This document shows positions 1-14,124 of a stretch of DNA of 64,000 bases, piece by piece. This stretch comes from Spizellomyces punctatus DAOM BR117 (taxonomy: Eukaryota). The translations under genes and the position numbers were made by a program. The notes beneath the pieces are model-generated. The model was not told where the DNA came from and made no database searches. It saw nothing but the letters and a program-made list of their open reading frames with translations. The DNA is taken from NCBI GenBank assembly GCA_000182565.2, contig KQ257451.1; one strand, given 5' to 3'. The stretch's first letter is position 1; each line of letters opens with the position of its first letter.

Positions 1-1970
1 CATAGGCAGCCTCAATCTGCAGGTGGGAAAGCAGTCAGCCGAAGAAAAAATAAACAAGACATTCAAACAGACACCTACCCGGTTACCGGCGAAGAACCGG
101 CCGTTTAGAGCATTCACCGCCGCTTCCGCTTCAGGAATGCTGTTGTACTTCATATAGATGCGACCATCCTACAATGCCGGATTGAGCGTTAGAGATCAGC
201 AATAATGCACGTTGCCAAATATATGGTCACATACCGGACTTTCAGTATCAATTCCTACATGACGGAGTTTGCCGTACTTAGAACATTCAGATTCAACATC
301 ATCCTTGAGCTCTTTATCCCAGTCAGGTTCCTCTTGTACTTCCTGTAATACGAACATATTCTTCAGCAAAATATTGCGCGTTGGCAGAATGACCGGTTTT
401 CTGTCAGACAAGGGGTTAAGTGTTTATGCTCTAATGTTAGTAAGACACGCTCAGCATAGTCACGTACGCAGGAAGTGCCGAACCGCCAATAGGGAGTTCG
501 TCCCTAGCAAGTTTGGCCATAAGGTCAATGCGGGATACATTGTTCATGGAAAGGCCGCCAATTTCCCCGTCATCCAACGAGTAACTAGACACTCCCCCGC
601 TCAGCTTATCAGTTATATGACCAACTTTGATCTGCAATAAATGTGCTAGGTAAGGGTACCGCATGCAAGAAAACCAAAGAGAAGTGCTTACAGCTCGTCC
701 CATGATCTCAAACCCATTCATTTTCTCCATGGCCTGTTTTGCATCGGCCGGATTTTTATAATGAACAAAAGCAAATCCTCGCGACCTGCCTGTATCCGGA
801 TCCTTGTGCAAATTGATATGATCGATGGCTCCGAAAGGTTCGAAAACTGCCTTCAAATCATCCTCAGTCAGATTGAAATGCAGTGAACCGATATACAAGC
901 GATTCGATTGTAGCTCAGCTTTGCTGCAACAGGGAGGGAAATCAATACGAGCCATCGCGGCATCAAAATGCCGGCATGGGTCGATCAAGACTTACGCGGC
1001 AGCTTCCGCTTCAGCGGCAATCCTGTTCTTCTCGGCTTCTGTACGTTGGACTATAATCGGAATGCCCAGGAGCTTTTGGTTTGTCATCTGTAGAGCCTTC
1101 TCTACAGATTCTTCCTCGTAGAATTCTACATAACCCACCCTATATGCGATAAAGGGTTTAGAGTTTTTCCTTCATCAAACTCAATGATATCCATTAACCC
1201 AGTTCCCTTACCCTTTCGACCGCCGGGAATTACGATCGGCGATAATTCTAGCATCACGGACTTTCCCGGCAGGAGCAAAGAAGTCAAAGAGTTCCCCGGT
1301 TGTAAGCCGTGCAGCCAATTGCATGACAAAGACTGTTCGCTTGTCACGTTCATACTCAGATAACTGCGGTGACGCAGACCTGGTGACAACAGGGCTGAGA
1401 AATTCAACGTATTAGACTTGTATGTGTTGGTTTTCCTTGGACGTATAATTCAAATTTTTTACCTTCTATCCCTTCCAGATCCCCTTCTTGATCGCTCATA
1501 TGAGCTTCTCCTGCGCTTGTGATTGTCCCTCGACCTGCTTCGTGGTCGTTCATGCCTTGTCCGGCGATGCGGGGATTGAGATCTAGAACGGGTACGTCTC
1601 CTACGGTCTCGATCATCCTTATGACGAGGAGATCTCGAGCGAGAACGATCTTTCCTGCTCCGCTTCTTACGGTCTGTCGATCTGGAGCGCGACCGACGTC
1701 GGTCCCTCTCTCGAGACCGTGAGCGGTCTCGGTGCCGCCGCTTTTCCTCCTTCCCACGACTGCTGCGGTTCTCCTCAGCAGGCTTCTCTGGCGACGGTAA
1801 GGGTACAGCAGTGGGTTCAGATTCAGCTCTCTCGGGCTTTTGGGGCGGACCAGCTTGCTATAATCAACGCATTCAGTAACTTTGAAGTCATGTCATGCAC
1901 CTGTGTGAATTTTTACCTCCTTTCGGAAGGGAGCTTCCAGAAGCTGCTCAACATCCAACTCCATGACCAT
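1..1970 (-). CDS. RBM39: RBM39/CAPER-like splicing factor (RS domain, 2 RRMs, C-terminal UHM); multi-exon, runs off left edge
   Basis: Start [20 protein letters not shown]-rich exon ~1480-1840; [27 protein letters not shown]...[44 protein letters not shown] near the edge. Confidence 0.9.
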
Positions 1971-2183
1971 TACCGCAAGTGTTTGTCGTGCAGAAGCTGC
2001 TTATAGCAAAAAGGATAATGACTGCGCCGGAAACCTACTTCGCTTTCAGTTTTCCTTGCAAATGGGAGCAACTTGTCTGGTTGTGGGCATATCCTGATCA
2101 CATGACTCTTCTGCTCAAGTAAGCAGGGTCGTCCACTCGGAGCTTGAGTTCTCCGTTGGTCTGCTGCACGTACCGAAGTCAAG

Positions 2184-3888
2184 ATGCTGCCAGCAATACC
2201 AAGATCCCGCTCATCGTTAGCCTCACATCAAGCAAAGAAGCCGCAAACAGCACGCCGATCGCCCTCTACTGCACAATCAGTCTCCAAAGCCCATGCAGAC
2301 CTTGGAAGTCAAAGGTGCGTGGGTCCGCCTTACCTGTACGCAGACCTCAACTGACACGGTTCAGTCTATAGACGTATTCCACTCCTTACCCAAACTATTT
2401 GTCGTGAACTACTGAAAGAGGGACATGTGCGATCATACATTGATTTTTTTCGGATGGTGGAGCTCAACGCTTCGGAGTTCAGCCCGCCTGCTGAAGCGTT
2501 GCACGAGCTGAAGCAACTTCTAACAGCTGGTGAAGATAGCCAGCGTTCAGGTAGTGTAGCTCATGTATTCTAACGGGTGAGTAAGGCGTCTATTTACATA
2601 TGCTAAATTTCCAATGCAGGTGACCACCGACTGATCTACGAGTCGCGGAAGAACATCGCCCGATATTTCCGGTCCCTTGGCAAATTCGACATTGCGATGA
2701 ACTACTATAAAGAAGCGCTTGACCGAGCTCGACTAATATCAAACGACCGAAATGTAGAAATTGAAGCGACTCGCAATATTGGTGATGTCCTAGAAAGTGA
2801 CGGTAGGCAGCGGCTACGGTCGATTTCACAATTAGCGTTATGTCACTCAAACATGCCGCTGTTCGAAGGACAAGCTCTCGAAGCATCTGATATGTACGAG
2901 CTGAGCCGCACGTTAGCCCGTGACCAAAATAACCAGGAAGCTGAGATACTCGCCGCCAAACGTCTTGTTGATGTCCGAATGAAAATCGCCCGCCAACAAG
3001 AGAAGAATGGCGTATATAGTGATGCCATTGCACACTACATGCATTGCATAAGGATCTTGCAGGAAAGCAACCCAGATGAAGAGACTCTTAACGACCTTAA
3101 CTATCGCCTTGGAAGTGCTTTTCGACGGAATGGGGATATACCTACTGCAATAGAGGTAAATTGTGCACAATGGTGGGAGTTACATCATGAGCGGGAAAAC
3201 TGATTATGGGTTCATAGTATCTGGAAACCTTCTTAGAAAAGGTCCGCAAATACGGCGACAATGTGAAAGAGGCGTTGGCACAAGAGGTTTTGGCCTCTTG
3301 TTATGAGGGGTAAGGTCATTGCTTGTATCGTTTCAAAGACTGTTCTCATCATTTTCTTTTGAAAAAAGCACCGGCGATCTATCACTAGCCACACAATACC
3401 TTCAAAATTTCCTCACACTTAGTTCCGCTGAACCCGCTCAAAAGTCTGCACAAGCCCGGGCATGTCACCATCTCGGTATTCTCTATAACAGAATGGGTGA
3501 TTACAACCAAGCTGTACAATACTTTGAGCGTCATTACGAACTAGCTTGTGGTATTGCTGGGAATGAGGCAACGGAGGAGGGACGGGCGGTCGCCATCGAC
3601 GCCGGAATGAGAAAAATTGAAGCTTCGAAGGAGGAACGATCGGAAGCAGATGCGACCGTAGCAATTGAATCCCCAAAACCTGTCGAACAAGAGATGGCGA
3701 GACCTCTCAACGTGGGCGTCGCCCAGGTTCAGCTAGGTATCTCCCGGGCGAATGCACATATGGACCAATTTTTACGAATCGTGAAAGATGAGAAAAAATT
3801 GGGAATATTGCTGCAATGGAAAGCAACACATTCATTTGATCTATTTGCCGAGCGCGGGGATAGATCAACGCCAGATGAAGAAACATGA
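2184..3888 (+). CDS. TTC29: TTC29-like TPR protein (flagellar/axonemal)
   Basis: Exon reads ICRELLKEGHVRSYIDFF, resembling the TTC29 N-terminal motif; TPR repeats (ACHHLGILYNRMGDYNQAVQYFERHYELA); C-terminal AQVQLGISRANAHM...LLQWK. Confidence 0.75.
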
Positions 3889-4035
3889 TCGTAGATCGGA
3901 TAGCGCAACTACGAACCTCGTCCGCGAAATTGTAACTACATCTCACAAGTTTTATATTAATCAGCGCGTTACTATATACACATTCCTATGAATCCACCGT
4001 CATATACCCTTAAACTCTTGCAGGGTAAACATAGT

Positions 4036-6470
4036 TTAGCCCTGCGACCCAGCAAGCCGTCGTTTCAATTCCACATTTTCTTTTTCCAACTCTTGCAAGC
4101 TAGTCTCTACTGCTCTCCTCTTCTCAACGGCGGTCTGTATACCCTCCATCAGACGCTGATGAAGCTTTTGTTGTTCAGCCTCCACCTTTTGTTGGCTTCT
4201 GCGGGAAGGTAAAGTAAGAATCCAAGGAAAATAAAATGTACGCGAGTTCAGAAACATACTCTTGCTCCACCCGTCTTTGTTCTGCCATGGCAGCCAATCG
4301 CGCCTCATATGCCATCTTGTTCTGGGCGTTCTGGTGACAAAGGACAGTCAGCATTGGTAGAAGACTGTGCTTGCGGGGAACTCGGTGTACCTCTTGCTCC
4401 AAGATGCTGCTGGCGAATCTCAGGGCATTGAAAGCTTTGAGTGTACCTTCTGCGTCACTTACAAGCGTCTCAAACTTGCTTTCCGTTTGAGTGGCCATTT
4501 CATTCTTGGAGCTTCTTCGGTCTGGAGGATTAGTGGCTAGGAAGTCTTGCACTTCGGAATGCAGCTGTATTGGGGTGTTTTAACACCTATATCGCAATCG
4601 ACTGAATTAATCGATTTACCAAAACATACCCTCTCATTTTCCACCAATGCAGTTTGCAATGCCTCGCGCAGTTCGTCCCCTTCCTGTTTTGCCTTTAACA
4701 ATTGATCGCGAACTTGCCAAAGCTCAACTTCAGCGCTGAGCAGTTTTGTCTGCAGCTCTTCCGCATGCGCAAGAGTTACTGGGTATTTTACGGTCAATTC
4801 CTCGGCATCTGCCTTCTGCTTCTCCAGTTCCTCAATCACATTACAACATTCTTCAAGTTCGCCTGCTTGATGTTGGTTAGCCTCCTCAAGTGTCAAAATT
4901 GTCTGGTCTCGGCTCGCTATCACGTCCTTCAATTCGTCAGCGAGAGATCTCGAATCTTGAGGTATGCCACTTTCTCTCAAACCACTCAGATATTCTCTCA
5001 ATCCCTCTACTTCATGACGTAAATGTTCCACTTGTGTAAACTCTTTTGTAACATCCCTATGTTCTTCCTCCAATATCGCATAGCTCTTTTCAGCGCGAGA
5101 GGCTCTGTTCTCCGCTTCTTGTATCATCGTCTCCCATGACTCCCGCGAGGATTTGAGAGCTGCTTGCTCATCTGCGAGCGACGCTGTCAGCCTCAGATTT
5201 TTTTCGGCAAGATCTCTCTTCGAGCTTTCAGCGGCCGTCAGTAACGTTTGCAGTTGTTCGAATGCTTCTGGGCCTTGTCCCTGCTGGACAAAGGTATCAC
5301 ATTTTGCATTCAAATTGGACTCCAACTCCAGAATCTTCTTATTCAACTTTGCCGTCTCCACTGCATGTCGTTGAACTATACTGATGAGCTCTCGTCTAAG
5401 GACGTCTTCCGCGTCCTCCCTGTCTGCGAGTTGCCGCTCCAGATTCCGCACTCTTTCCGCCTGCACTTTTTCATCTGCCCTCGCGCGGTCCGCCTCCTCG
5501 CCTCGCGTATGTAGTTGCAACTCCAAGCGACGAGTACGCGCAACCTCTGCAGCAAGACGATCTTGAAGGGCATTGATGTCATCATTTCTGGTTGCCAATT
5601 CCTTTTGAAGCAGTCCGATTGGGCTGAGTTTCTTTCCTTCCTTTCTGAGTTCGATTTTTTTAGAATGCTTCTCGTCTTCCACATTTTCTCCCCGTTGTTT
5701 TCTCTTCTCCTGCTCGATGCCCTCATCCAACGTGACAAGAACGTTACGAATATTGTGATGCTCCAGTACTTTGGGATTAAAGCTTTCATCTTCTCCCTGA
5801 GAGGTCATAGGTCAGACAGCCCGATGAGCAGCAGCGCATTTCAACCAAATGATGTCGCTCTCGCTTACCGTGTCGCTGTCAGTATTCTGAGATGACTGGC
5901 TGTCGAGCTTCGCACGTTTTGTAGCAGCCGTCTGTTTTTCATTTTCAATATCCTTGTAATTGAACAAATGCCAAATAGAAATTTAGCACAAGAGCGTCCC
6001 CGTTTTCAGCGTCAAACATGACAATTTTCGCTCAGTCACCTTTGAGGTCCTGACGCCTACTTTAGAAAGCTTAGAAATTGGTCGTTTACCAAGTTTGGGA
6101 TCGTAATTCTTGCTTGTATCGGTATTCCTAGGCTAGAGCAATCGTTAGCATCGGTCAGACATCATGTCCAGCTTTTTCACTGTCCCTTTGGTCGTGCCCC
6201 CCTCCGATCTTACCCGTGCAATATTGGGATCGCTCTTCTGTAGTGCAGATTTTGGACCTCCGGTTCTAGTTTGCTGTATTTCAAAGGATATTAGCTTATC
6301 TTAATGTCAATGCTTTCATATTGGAAGGAGCTCACCTTCCATTGGCGCAAAAGCTCCTCACGTGTCATTTTCCTATCCATTTTGTCACCCCTTGAGGTCT
6401 CAAGTTGTTGAACGGTTGAAAATGCTTCGTTCTCCTTGTCCGTATAGATCTTTACCCGCTGCCTTTCCAT
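4036..6470 (-). CDS. Uncharacterised long coiled-coil protein with N-terminal KEN box
   Basis: ATG at 6470 (MERQRVKIYTDKENEAF...REELLRQWK then GT donor); 423-aa heptad-rich ORF 4537-5808; last exon ends RRLAGSQG*. Confidence 0.6.
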
Positions 6471-6911
6471 GGCTGGCTAGGGCCAGTATGTGTTGGCACA
6501 GCGGAAATAGGCCCAGTCAGAGCTCGGGTTAATACTCGCGTGAAATGCGAGCCAGGGTTGAGTATGACGAGAACGTTTCGAATAGGCAGTAAATCTCCTT
6601 ATCCTTGTTGGAAACTCGAGCCCAAAACGCGGTTCTTTGGGCGAAGATGACTTGCTGTTGTGGGAATCGTCGTCGGGGTGCGATCACCAGCGTCCACCCC
6701 TTTACGAAAGCCGTGTCTGCCTAAACCATAAGGAAACTGTGCACTTTGAAGTTGCTATGGAGCCAACTTTGCTGTCACGTGAAACCGTTCCGAGTTCTTC
6801 CAGCAGTTCGAAGTCAGACCGTTCATGAACCTCTTGGGCATCACCTCGAGTTGAGCATCAGGCACCCCTAAACCTCTTCCCTCCCTCTCCCCCTATCGGT
6901 CGTATTTCGCA

Positions 6912-8113
6912 ATGTCTCTCGCGACTATTGGCAGGAGGTCACTCTTGCACTCGCAGAAGAATGTGTTGGTGAGTTTTTCCGCTTGACGGTCTTTCTGAGA
7001 TTGATTTCCTCCTAATCGTGTGCAACACTATCACCATTGTCATATGTCCTTGAGAAGGCCCCGCTTGTGGCCCCATTCCATACCACTACGATGGCTCAAC
7101 TCGCCACCCCGGCCCCCGACCCAGTGCAGAAGCAACCTCTCATCAAGACCTTCAACATTTACCGTTGGGTGGGTGTCTGAATATGAGACTACATGCAAAT
7201 TCTTGCACGGATGCGTGGAGCTGGGTCGCTTTTTCGCTCATGCGTTCATGAATGACTTTGCTTTGGCGTAGACTTACATTCTTTGAGTAGTCTCCCGATA
7301 AGCCCGCTGAGAAGCCCCGTCTTGAGAAGTACCAGATTGATCTCAACCAGTGCGGACCTATGGTGTTGGACGCACTGATCAAAATCAAAAACGAAATCGA
7401 CCCTACGCTTACTTTCCGTCGATCCTGCCGTGAGGGCATCTGTGGATCTTGTTCAATGAATATCAACGGTGGAAACACTCTGGCATGCCTAAGCCGTATC
7501 GACCGGAATCCATCTTCCGATGTCAAAATCTATCCCTTACCTCACACTTACGTCGTAAAAGACTTGGTACCTGGTACGTTCTGCTCCTGTCCTCTCATTT
7601 ACATGCCGAGATTTAAGTCTGATATTGTTCTTTTGATTGGCCACCAGACCTTACGCAAATTTACAAACAGTACAAGTCGATTGAACCATACATGAAGCAA
7701 AAGACGGCCGCTCCTGAGCGCGAAAATATTCAGTCCATTGCGGACCGTAAGAAGCTGGATGGATTGTATGAGTGTATCTTATGCTTTTGTTGTTCTACTT
7801 CGTGCCCAAGTTACTGGTGGAACAGCGACAAGTACCTTGGCCCGGCAGTCTTGATGCAGGCGTATCGGTGGATGATTGACTCGCGTGATCATTTTGGTGT
7901 CGAGCGGCGGGAGGCTTTGCAGGACCCTTTCTCTGTGTACCGTTGCCACACAATCATGAGTAAGTGAACGACCTCGTTTCATGCAAAGAATGTTAGAGAG
8001 AGGACTTAACAGTACTGCTATTACCATTAGACTGCGCCCGCACATGCCCTAAGGGGTTGAACCCTGGTTTGGCAATTGCTGAGATCAAGAAACAAATGGC
8101 CCTTGACGGATAG
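6912..8113 (+). CDS. SDH2: Succinate dehydrogenase iron-sulfur subunit
   Basis: [73 protein letters not shown]. Confidence 0.97.
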
Positions 8114-8301
8114 TTTACGGTCGGGATTGGACAAACTACGTGAAAATATACCGCTGGCTTGTAGTGTATGTGAATTTGATCCGAGTAGTATGGCTGCCGT
8201 GATATAAAGATCCCAAAGAGTGCAATGCATATCTTATTGTAGCATGTCGACATGATTGAACCTTTAGATCCTTATTATGCAATTGGCCTACAAAAGACCC
8301 G

Positions 8302-8810
8302 TCATGCTCCTCGACCACGGGCACCCGCTCCTCTACCACCTCTACCCACGCCTCCTCGTCCTCCGCGACCTCCTCTATCTCCCCCACGTCCCCCTCGACC
8401 ACCATACTGTCTTGGCTCATCGCGGACCATATCAATGACTTCGTCTGGTACCCGAAGGTATTTGATTGTGTTGCCGCGAATGTAAATTTCCGGGATTCGC
8501 CAGAATCGGTCGCCGTCCGGAGACGTGCATATCACCTCACGGAGGTTGATCTAGAGAAGACCGTTAGGCTTGATAGTTCAAAGATAGGCCAATCTTCCCT
8601 GTCCTTCAAAAGACATGGACACATACGTTCATAAAATTATCGCAGTTTACCATGTGACCGTTGTAAGTTTCGCCTGCATCGTTAAGATACATACTTTATG
8701 ATCTCGAACTATCGCGTTAAATATGGAAGCGCTGCAACGACATTACCATTCTTTAGCTCCACAAGCATGGGGTGCCCTTGAGCAGTGTTCAAGAGAGACA
8801 GCGGGAGCAT
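8302..8810 (-). CDS. LSM4: U6 snRNA-associated Sm-like protein LSm4
   Basis: [59 protein letters not shown] tail. Confidence 0.97.
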
Positions 8811-9001
8811 AGCGGTGTCGTAATGTGAATATCCCGCGCAATGAAATAAGAAAGTGGCCAGCAAGTGCTTGACAGCACGAACGACAAGCGATTCTTGTTT
8901 ACTGTGCCATTCGATGTTATGTAACTGTGCCGCACCTTGTCCAAGGCCGCTTCTCAGTCTCACACCAACGTCCAGCAGTCTCGTCGATCTCAATCCGCAA
9001 G

Positions 9002-10694
9002 ATGGTTACGACAACGCTTGGTGACAAACCCGAAGGAGAACGGCTAACAAGAGACTTGATAACACAATTCGAGATCGGTCCGTAGGTCAGCCCTACTCTT
9101 TCTGCGCGTCTTCACATGCCCGCAATTGGGACCTAGTACATGGTTAGGCGAACTGGAAATCTAACGTATTGTTTTTCATGTTAACGTTTGATAGGCAAGG
9201 TATTCAATGACAACAGATCTCAGATCAATTCGGTCGATTTTGATGACACTGGAGAGTTTTGTGTCACTGCATCGGACGATGACTCCTTGAGAGTGTATGA
9301 CGCAGTAAAGGGAAGGTATGTATTCTTACAACTCGAGAATATACTGCATTGTGCTGCTGACACTGCCTTTTACTTTTTTCAGCTCGAAACAGTTTGTGTA
9401 CAGCAAAAAGTACGGTTGCGCACACGCCCGTTTTACCCACCACGCCTCGTCTATCATATATGCATCAACAAAAGAAGATGGTCGGTATTCTTTGTTCACA
9501 TGTTACATGAGAAGGGACATTACATTAACGGCATATTTACGTATAGACACGATCCGATACCTCTCTGTTCATGATAACCGATATCTCCGATATTTTAAGG
9601 GACATACTCGCCGAGTCGTTGGACTTGAGCTCTCACCGCAGGATGATCACTTTCTGTCAGCATCCTTGGATGGGACTGTTCGGCTATGGGACTTGAGAGT
9701 TCAGCATGCCCAGGTTTGTTTTATTTGTCCTTGCTGTTGATATTCTTAACGTATGTCCTTACTTCTATCTGAAGGGACTGATGAATGTACCCGGTCAAGG
9801 GCGTCCTTGCGTGAATTTTGACCAGACCGGGAAAGTATTCATTGTGGCATTTCAAGAGTCCATCAAACTCTACGATCTTAGGAACTTTGATAAGGTATGT
9901 CAGACACAACGGACTGATCCATCGCCCATGTCCGCTTACACTTGCAAACCCACAGGGATCTTTTGCCACTTTTCCTGTCCATGACCCAAATATGATGACT
10001 GGCCCACCTGAATTTGTGGGCATCGAATTCAGTAACGATGGCAGGAATATATTAGTTTCTACACGGGGAGAGACCTCGTACATTCTGGACGGATTCAACG
10101 GCCCCATGAAGCAATACTTGCGAGGTCACATCAATACACGCGGAATCGAGTTGCAGGCTAGCTACAGTCCAGACGGACAGTTTGTTGCATGTGGTGAGTA
10201 AAGGTTTACTGCTGATATGCAACCTACACTGGAAATATATACCCTAAGATTTCATGATATGTTCAGGCTCTGAGGACGGATCTATTCATTTCTGGGAGGC
10301 TGAGAATGGATCCCGGGTATGCACACTAACAGGACATACCGATCCGCCTGCGATTGTAAAATGGAATCCAAAGTACATGATGTTTGCGAGTGCAGACTCC
10401 AGTTTGGTGAGTACAATCTCAATTTAGTTCGTCAACGATCTGATTCCCCGCCTTGTCCAATGGAATGGACATGATGCGTTGCATTTTATGCGGTTTTAAA
10501 TGATCGAACATCAATTATGCCTACCTACCTACCATGGCATGTCTGTCAACGTTCTCTGTTTCGTAAGATTCCGAGAATGCTTTGTGACGGAACATCACAT
10601 GCGTGGGCAGACCATTCCCTCAATGCTATGCCAGTGCTTATACAATGCGTGCCTTTGATAGACCTTCTGGACACCTACGACAACCGCCCCATAG
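9002..10694 (+). CDS. SWD2: WD40 protein WDR82/Swd2 (COMPASS / termination factor)
   Basis: [33 protein letters not shown]; final exon [10 protein letters not shown] after a 255-nt intron. Confidence 0.92.
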
Positions 10695-11370
10695 CAACTG
10701 CAGGGTGACCGTTTGAGCGTAGATTCTCTTGTGTCTTTTCATAGCTACATAGTACAGAGAGCTTGAAATGGAGACTCGCAAGTTTAAATGGATTCAATGT
10801 CAACCACAGCTTAAGCTTGCTGCGGCTGCCCGAGTACGAGCATGCACAGTAAAGTATCTTGCTTGCAACAATCTGAAGGGGTCAGCGTTCAATGTTCAGC
10901 ATTGAATACCAGTAACATGGAGGGAATGGAACTTGCATGGAACAAAAACGGGACGTTCAACTATAGTTAGAAAACATTAAGCAAAAAATAGAATATTTGG
11001 CTTAAATGTGACCGCAATATCGTATGCAGGGTACTGCTTTCAGCTCAGATAAAGCGCCATATAGCATTATATTTTACGAATGCAACGTTAAGTCTAAAAG
11101 CAGTTTGTGTTGTGGATGTTATTAGTAAGCGACTCTAAAGTGCTGATCAATACGTCAATTGACGGACCCTTAGCTAATTAGTGGCGCACCATGACGATCG
11201 TGGCCGTGCTATTCTGACAGATGGCTGCCCTTTTTCGATGGGTTTCCGTTCACTTTTTGGTTGCATTTAAAAACCTCATCGTCATCTCTGTACCCCAAAC
11301 GTATATATAAAGCATTAGGTACACGCAGACGCGCGCAACAAACAGCTGCAATTCTTTATACCAATTCACA

Positions 11371-11970
11371 ATGACATTTATGGAAAGCCAATACCTTTTT
11401 GCACATCCTTTTGGTACTTTAACGTCGGCAAACTGGCGAAAGTATCCCAATGAATACTCTTCACATGTTCTCTCCGTGGACATCCTTTCACGATGCATCG
11501 ACCCACAAACGGGCGTCCTACGAACAGAGCGTTTATTGTCCATCAAACAATCCGCACCCGCAATAGTAAGAAAATTGTTGCCGATACCAGAAGTGTCGTA
11601 CTTTCGGGAAGTCTCGTTTCTGGATCCCAAGGAGCGAACTTACAAGGCGGTTTCGAACAATCTGAGTATGCGATCCATTGTGGATGTGGAAGAGACGTGC
11701 GAGTTTAAGGCTGATCCACAAAAACCTGACGGTGGGACGGTTTTTAACCAGAGAGCGGAGGTCAAGGTTTTTGGAGCTTTGAATTACGTAGCTCGAATGC
11801 TTGAAGAGGCCGCCGTAAACTCGTTCAAGGCCAATGCTGCAAAGGGAAGGCAAGGATTGGAGACAGTCGTAGACATGGTTTTGAATGAAGCAAAGACGGT
11901 AGAGGCGGGATTAAAAGAGGGGTATGAGGCTGGCATCGAGGGACTGAGAAAAGGCACTGTTGGGGTATGA
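11371..11970 (+). CDS. PRELI/MSF1 family mitochondrial lipid transfer protein (Ups-like), intronless
   Basis: F.HPF..LTSANWRKYPNEYSSHVLSVDILSR.IDPQTGVLRTERLL; SFKANAAKGRQGLE. Confidence 0.9.
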   Translation: MTFMESQYLFAHPFGTLTSANWRKYPNEYSSHVLSVDILSRCIDPQTGVLRTERLLSIKQSAPAIVRKLLPIPEVSYFREVSFLDPKERTYKAVSNNLSMRSIVDVEETCEFKADPQKPDGGTVFNQRAEVKVFGALNYVARMLEEAAVNSFKANAAKGRQGLETVVDMVLNEAKTVEAGLKEGYEAGIEGLRKGTVGV

Positions 11971-12163
11971 GCGCAAAGGCTTAGGAACTGTATATTATTC
12001 TCTCTCTTCATTTTTCCTGAATATATTCACCAATACGACCAGTACTACATGGTACTATCCATCACTCGACAATCTATAATAAAAATAATGCCCTAGTTCT
12101 CCCCAAAAGCAAAAGAAATAACAAAATGCTCTAGCGCGAATAATATACAACAGAAACAAAAAT

Positions 12164-14124
12164 CTAAAACTTTAGCATGTTCTTGGTGACCTCTTTTCGC
12201 AAATGCTGCTTGTACTCTGCAATCGATCCACTCCAGAGACGCATGGATCCGTTCTCACATACCCAAATTTGCTTTGAAAATAAAAAAGTCAGGGAACAAG
12301 TCATCAAAAACAGAAAAAATGGATACACATACTTGCGCGACTTGACTGATCAATCTGAAATCGTGACTAACAAGAACCACTCCTCCATCAAAGTTGTTGA
12401 TCGCGTCAGCCAATGAATCAATAGTCTCGATATCAAGTGGATTTGTCGGTTCATCCAGCAACAGCATGTTGGGTCGGGAGAGAGCGAGCTGGCAGAAAAC
12501 GATACGCGCACGTTGTCCGTCTGATAGCTGACGAATAGGACACAACTGGGAGTTGCCTGTGAGGCCAAACTTGCCGATCTGCTGCCGCCAATACGGAAGA
12601 TCTTGTGGCAAGTCCTGGAAAGTCTTGCGGAGGTAGTCGATGGCGGACGCATCAAGGTCAAGTTGATCCGCGGAATGCTGACTGTATTTGCCAATCTTCA
12701 GGTGGGTGTGTCGGGATATAGTCCCGGCCGTTGGAGACAGCTCGCCGCTCATGAGCTTCAACAGCGTGGATTTACCTGCACCGTTGGGTCCTACCAGGGC
12801 GATACGTGACTCGGTATCAGCTCCCCATTCCAGGTTGCGGTAGATGGCATCCTTAAGGTCCCCACTGTATGCAAAGCTCATGTCGGTAAATGCAAGAACA
12901 GGCGGTGGTAGCTGCCCAGAACTTTCGAAACGGAACTGGAAGTTGCGAGATTTTTCCACCTTTTCCACTAGTCCTTCCGCCTCCATCTTATCTAAGATCT
13001 TCTGTCTCGACTTGGCTTGTCGAACCAAGTTGGCGTAGGTACCGCAGGATGCAATGAACTGCTTCATGTGTGCGATTTCTTCTTGCTGCTTTTCGTATGC
13101 CTTCATCTGATTGACCTCCAGCTCTTGCTTCGTCTTCACGTACGTATCGTAGTTACCCGCGTAGTAGTTCAGCTGCTTTTTATGATTCAATTCAATAATG
13201 TTGGTGCAGACGCCGTTCATGAAATCTTGCGAGTGCGACACCAATAGCAGGATACGGTTGTACTGAGCCAAATATTCTTCAAGCCATACACATGCCCCAA
13301 GATCGAGATGATTGGTGGGCTCGTCCAAAAGAAGCATCGTAGGTTTGACGAAAAGAGCTCTCGCCAAAGCGACACGCATACGCCAACCACCAGAGAGATC
13401 TTTGGTTGCCACCTTCATACGCTTTTCGTCAAACCCAAGACCATGAAGAATGGAGGCAGCTCGGGATTCAAAAGTCGACGCATCCATGGAGTCAATACGC
13501 TCGTATATATCGTCCAACAAGGGAGACTCAGGGTCCTCTGTCAGCAAATCCTCCATTTGTTTCTCAAGGCGCTACAGGACAAAATTGTCGTTGAACAGAA
13601 TGCGATACACAAAGTGACGGGATGCGTACTCACCTTCAATTCTTGCTCGGCGTCATCGATAACAGCTTTCAATGCTGTCATCTCTGTGGGTGGATACTCA
13701 GCGTTCAACAGATAGATATCAATGTGTTCGGGAATTGGAGCCTCGCGAGCAGCCAAGGATTGTAAGAAAGTACTCTTTCCTGAACCGTTGGGACCGATCA
13801 AAGCGTATCGTCGACCAAAGTTGAGCTCAATGGTGGTTTCGTTGATGAGGACTTGGGAGAAGAAGCTGAGAGAGTATGACTCGATCTACCGAACAGTCAG
13901 CGAGTGTTGCAAGTCCATTAAGATTGTAGCTGTCCATATACCTTGACATCCCGAGAATCCTTTTGCGAAGTAAGGACTCCTGAAGAGACTCTGTTGTTGT
14001 CTATCGCCAAAGTATCTACGCCGTTCGTAATATCTTCAACAGAACCATTCTTGGCCTTTCGCCCTGCCGCTCTTTCTGCCCGCTTTGCAGCACGTTCTGC
14101 CTTCTTGTCTCCTTTTGGCGGCAT
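12164..14124 (-). CDS. ARB1: ABC-F ATPase ABCF2/Arb1
   Basis: Two NBDs ([39 protein letters not shown]); linker [25 protein letters not shown] typical of ABCF2. Confidence 0.95.
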
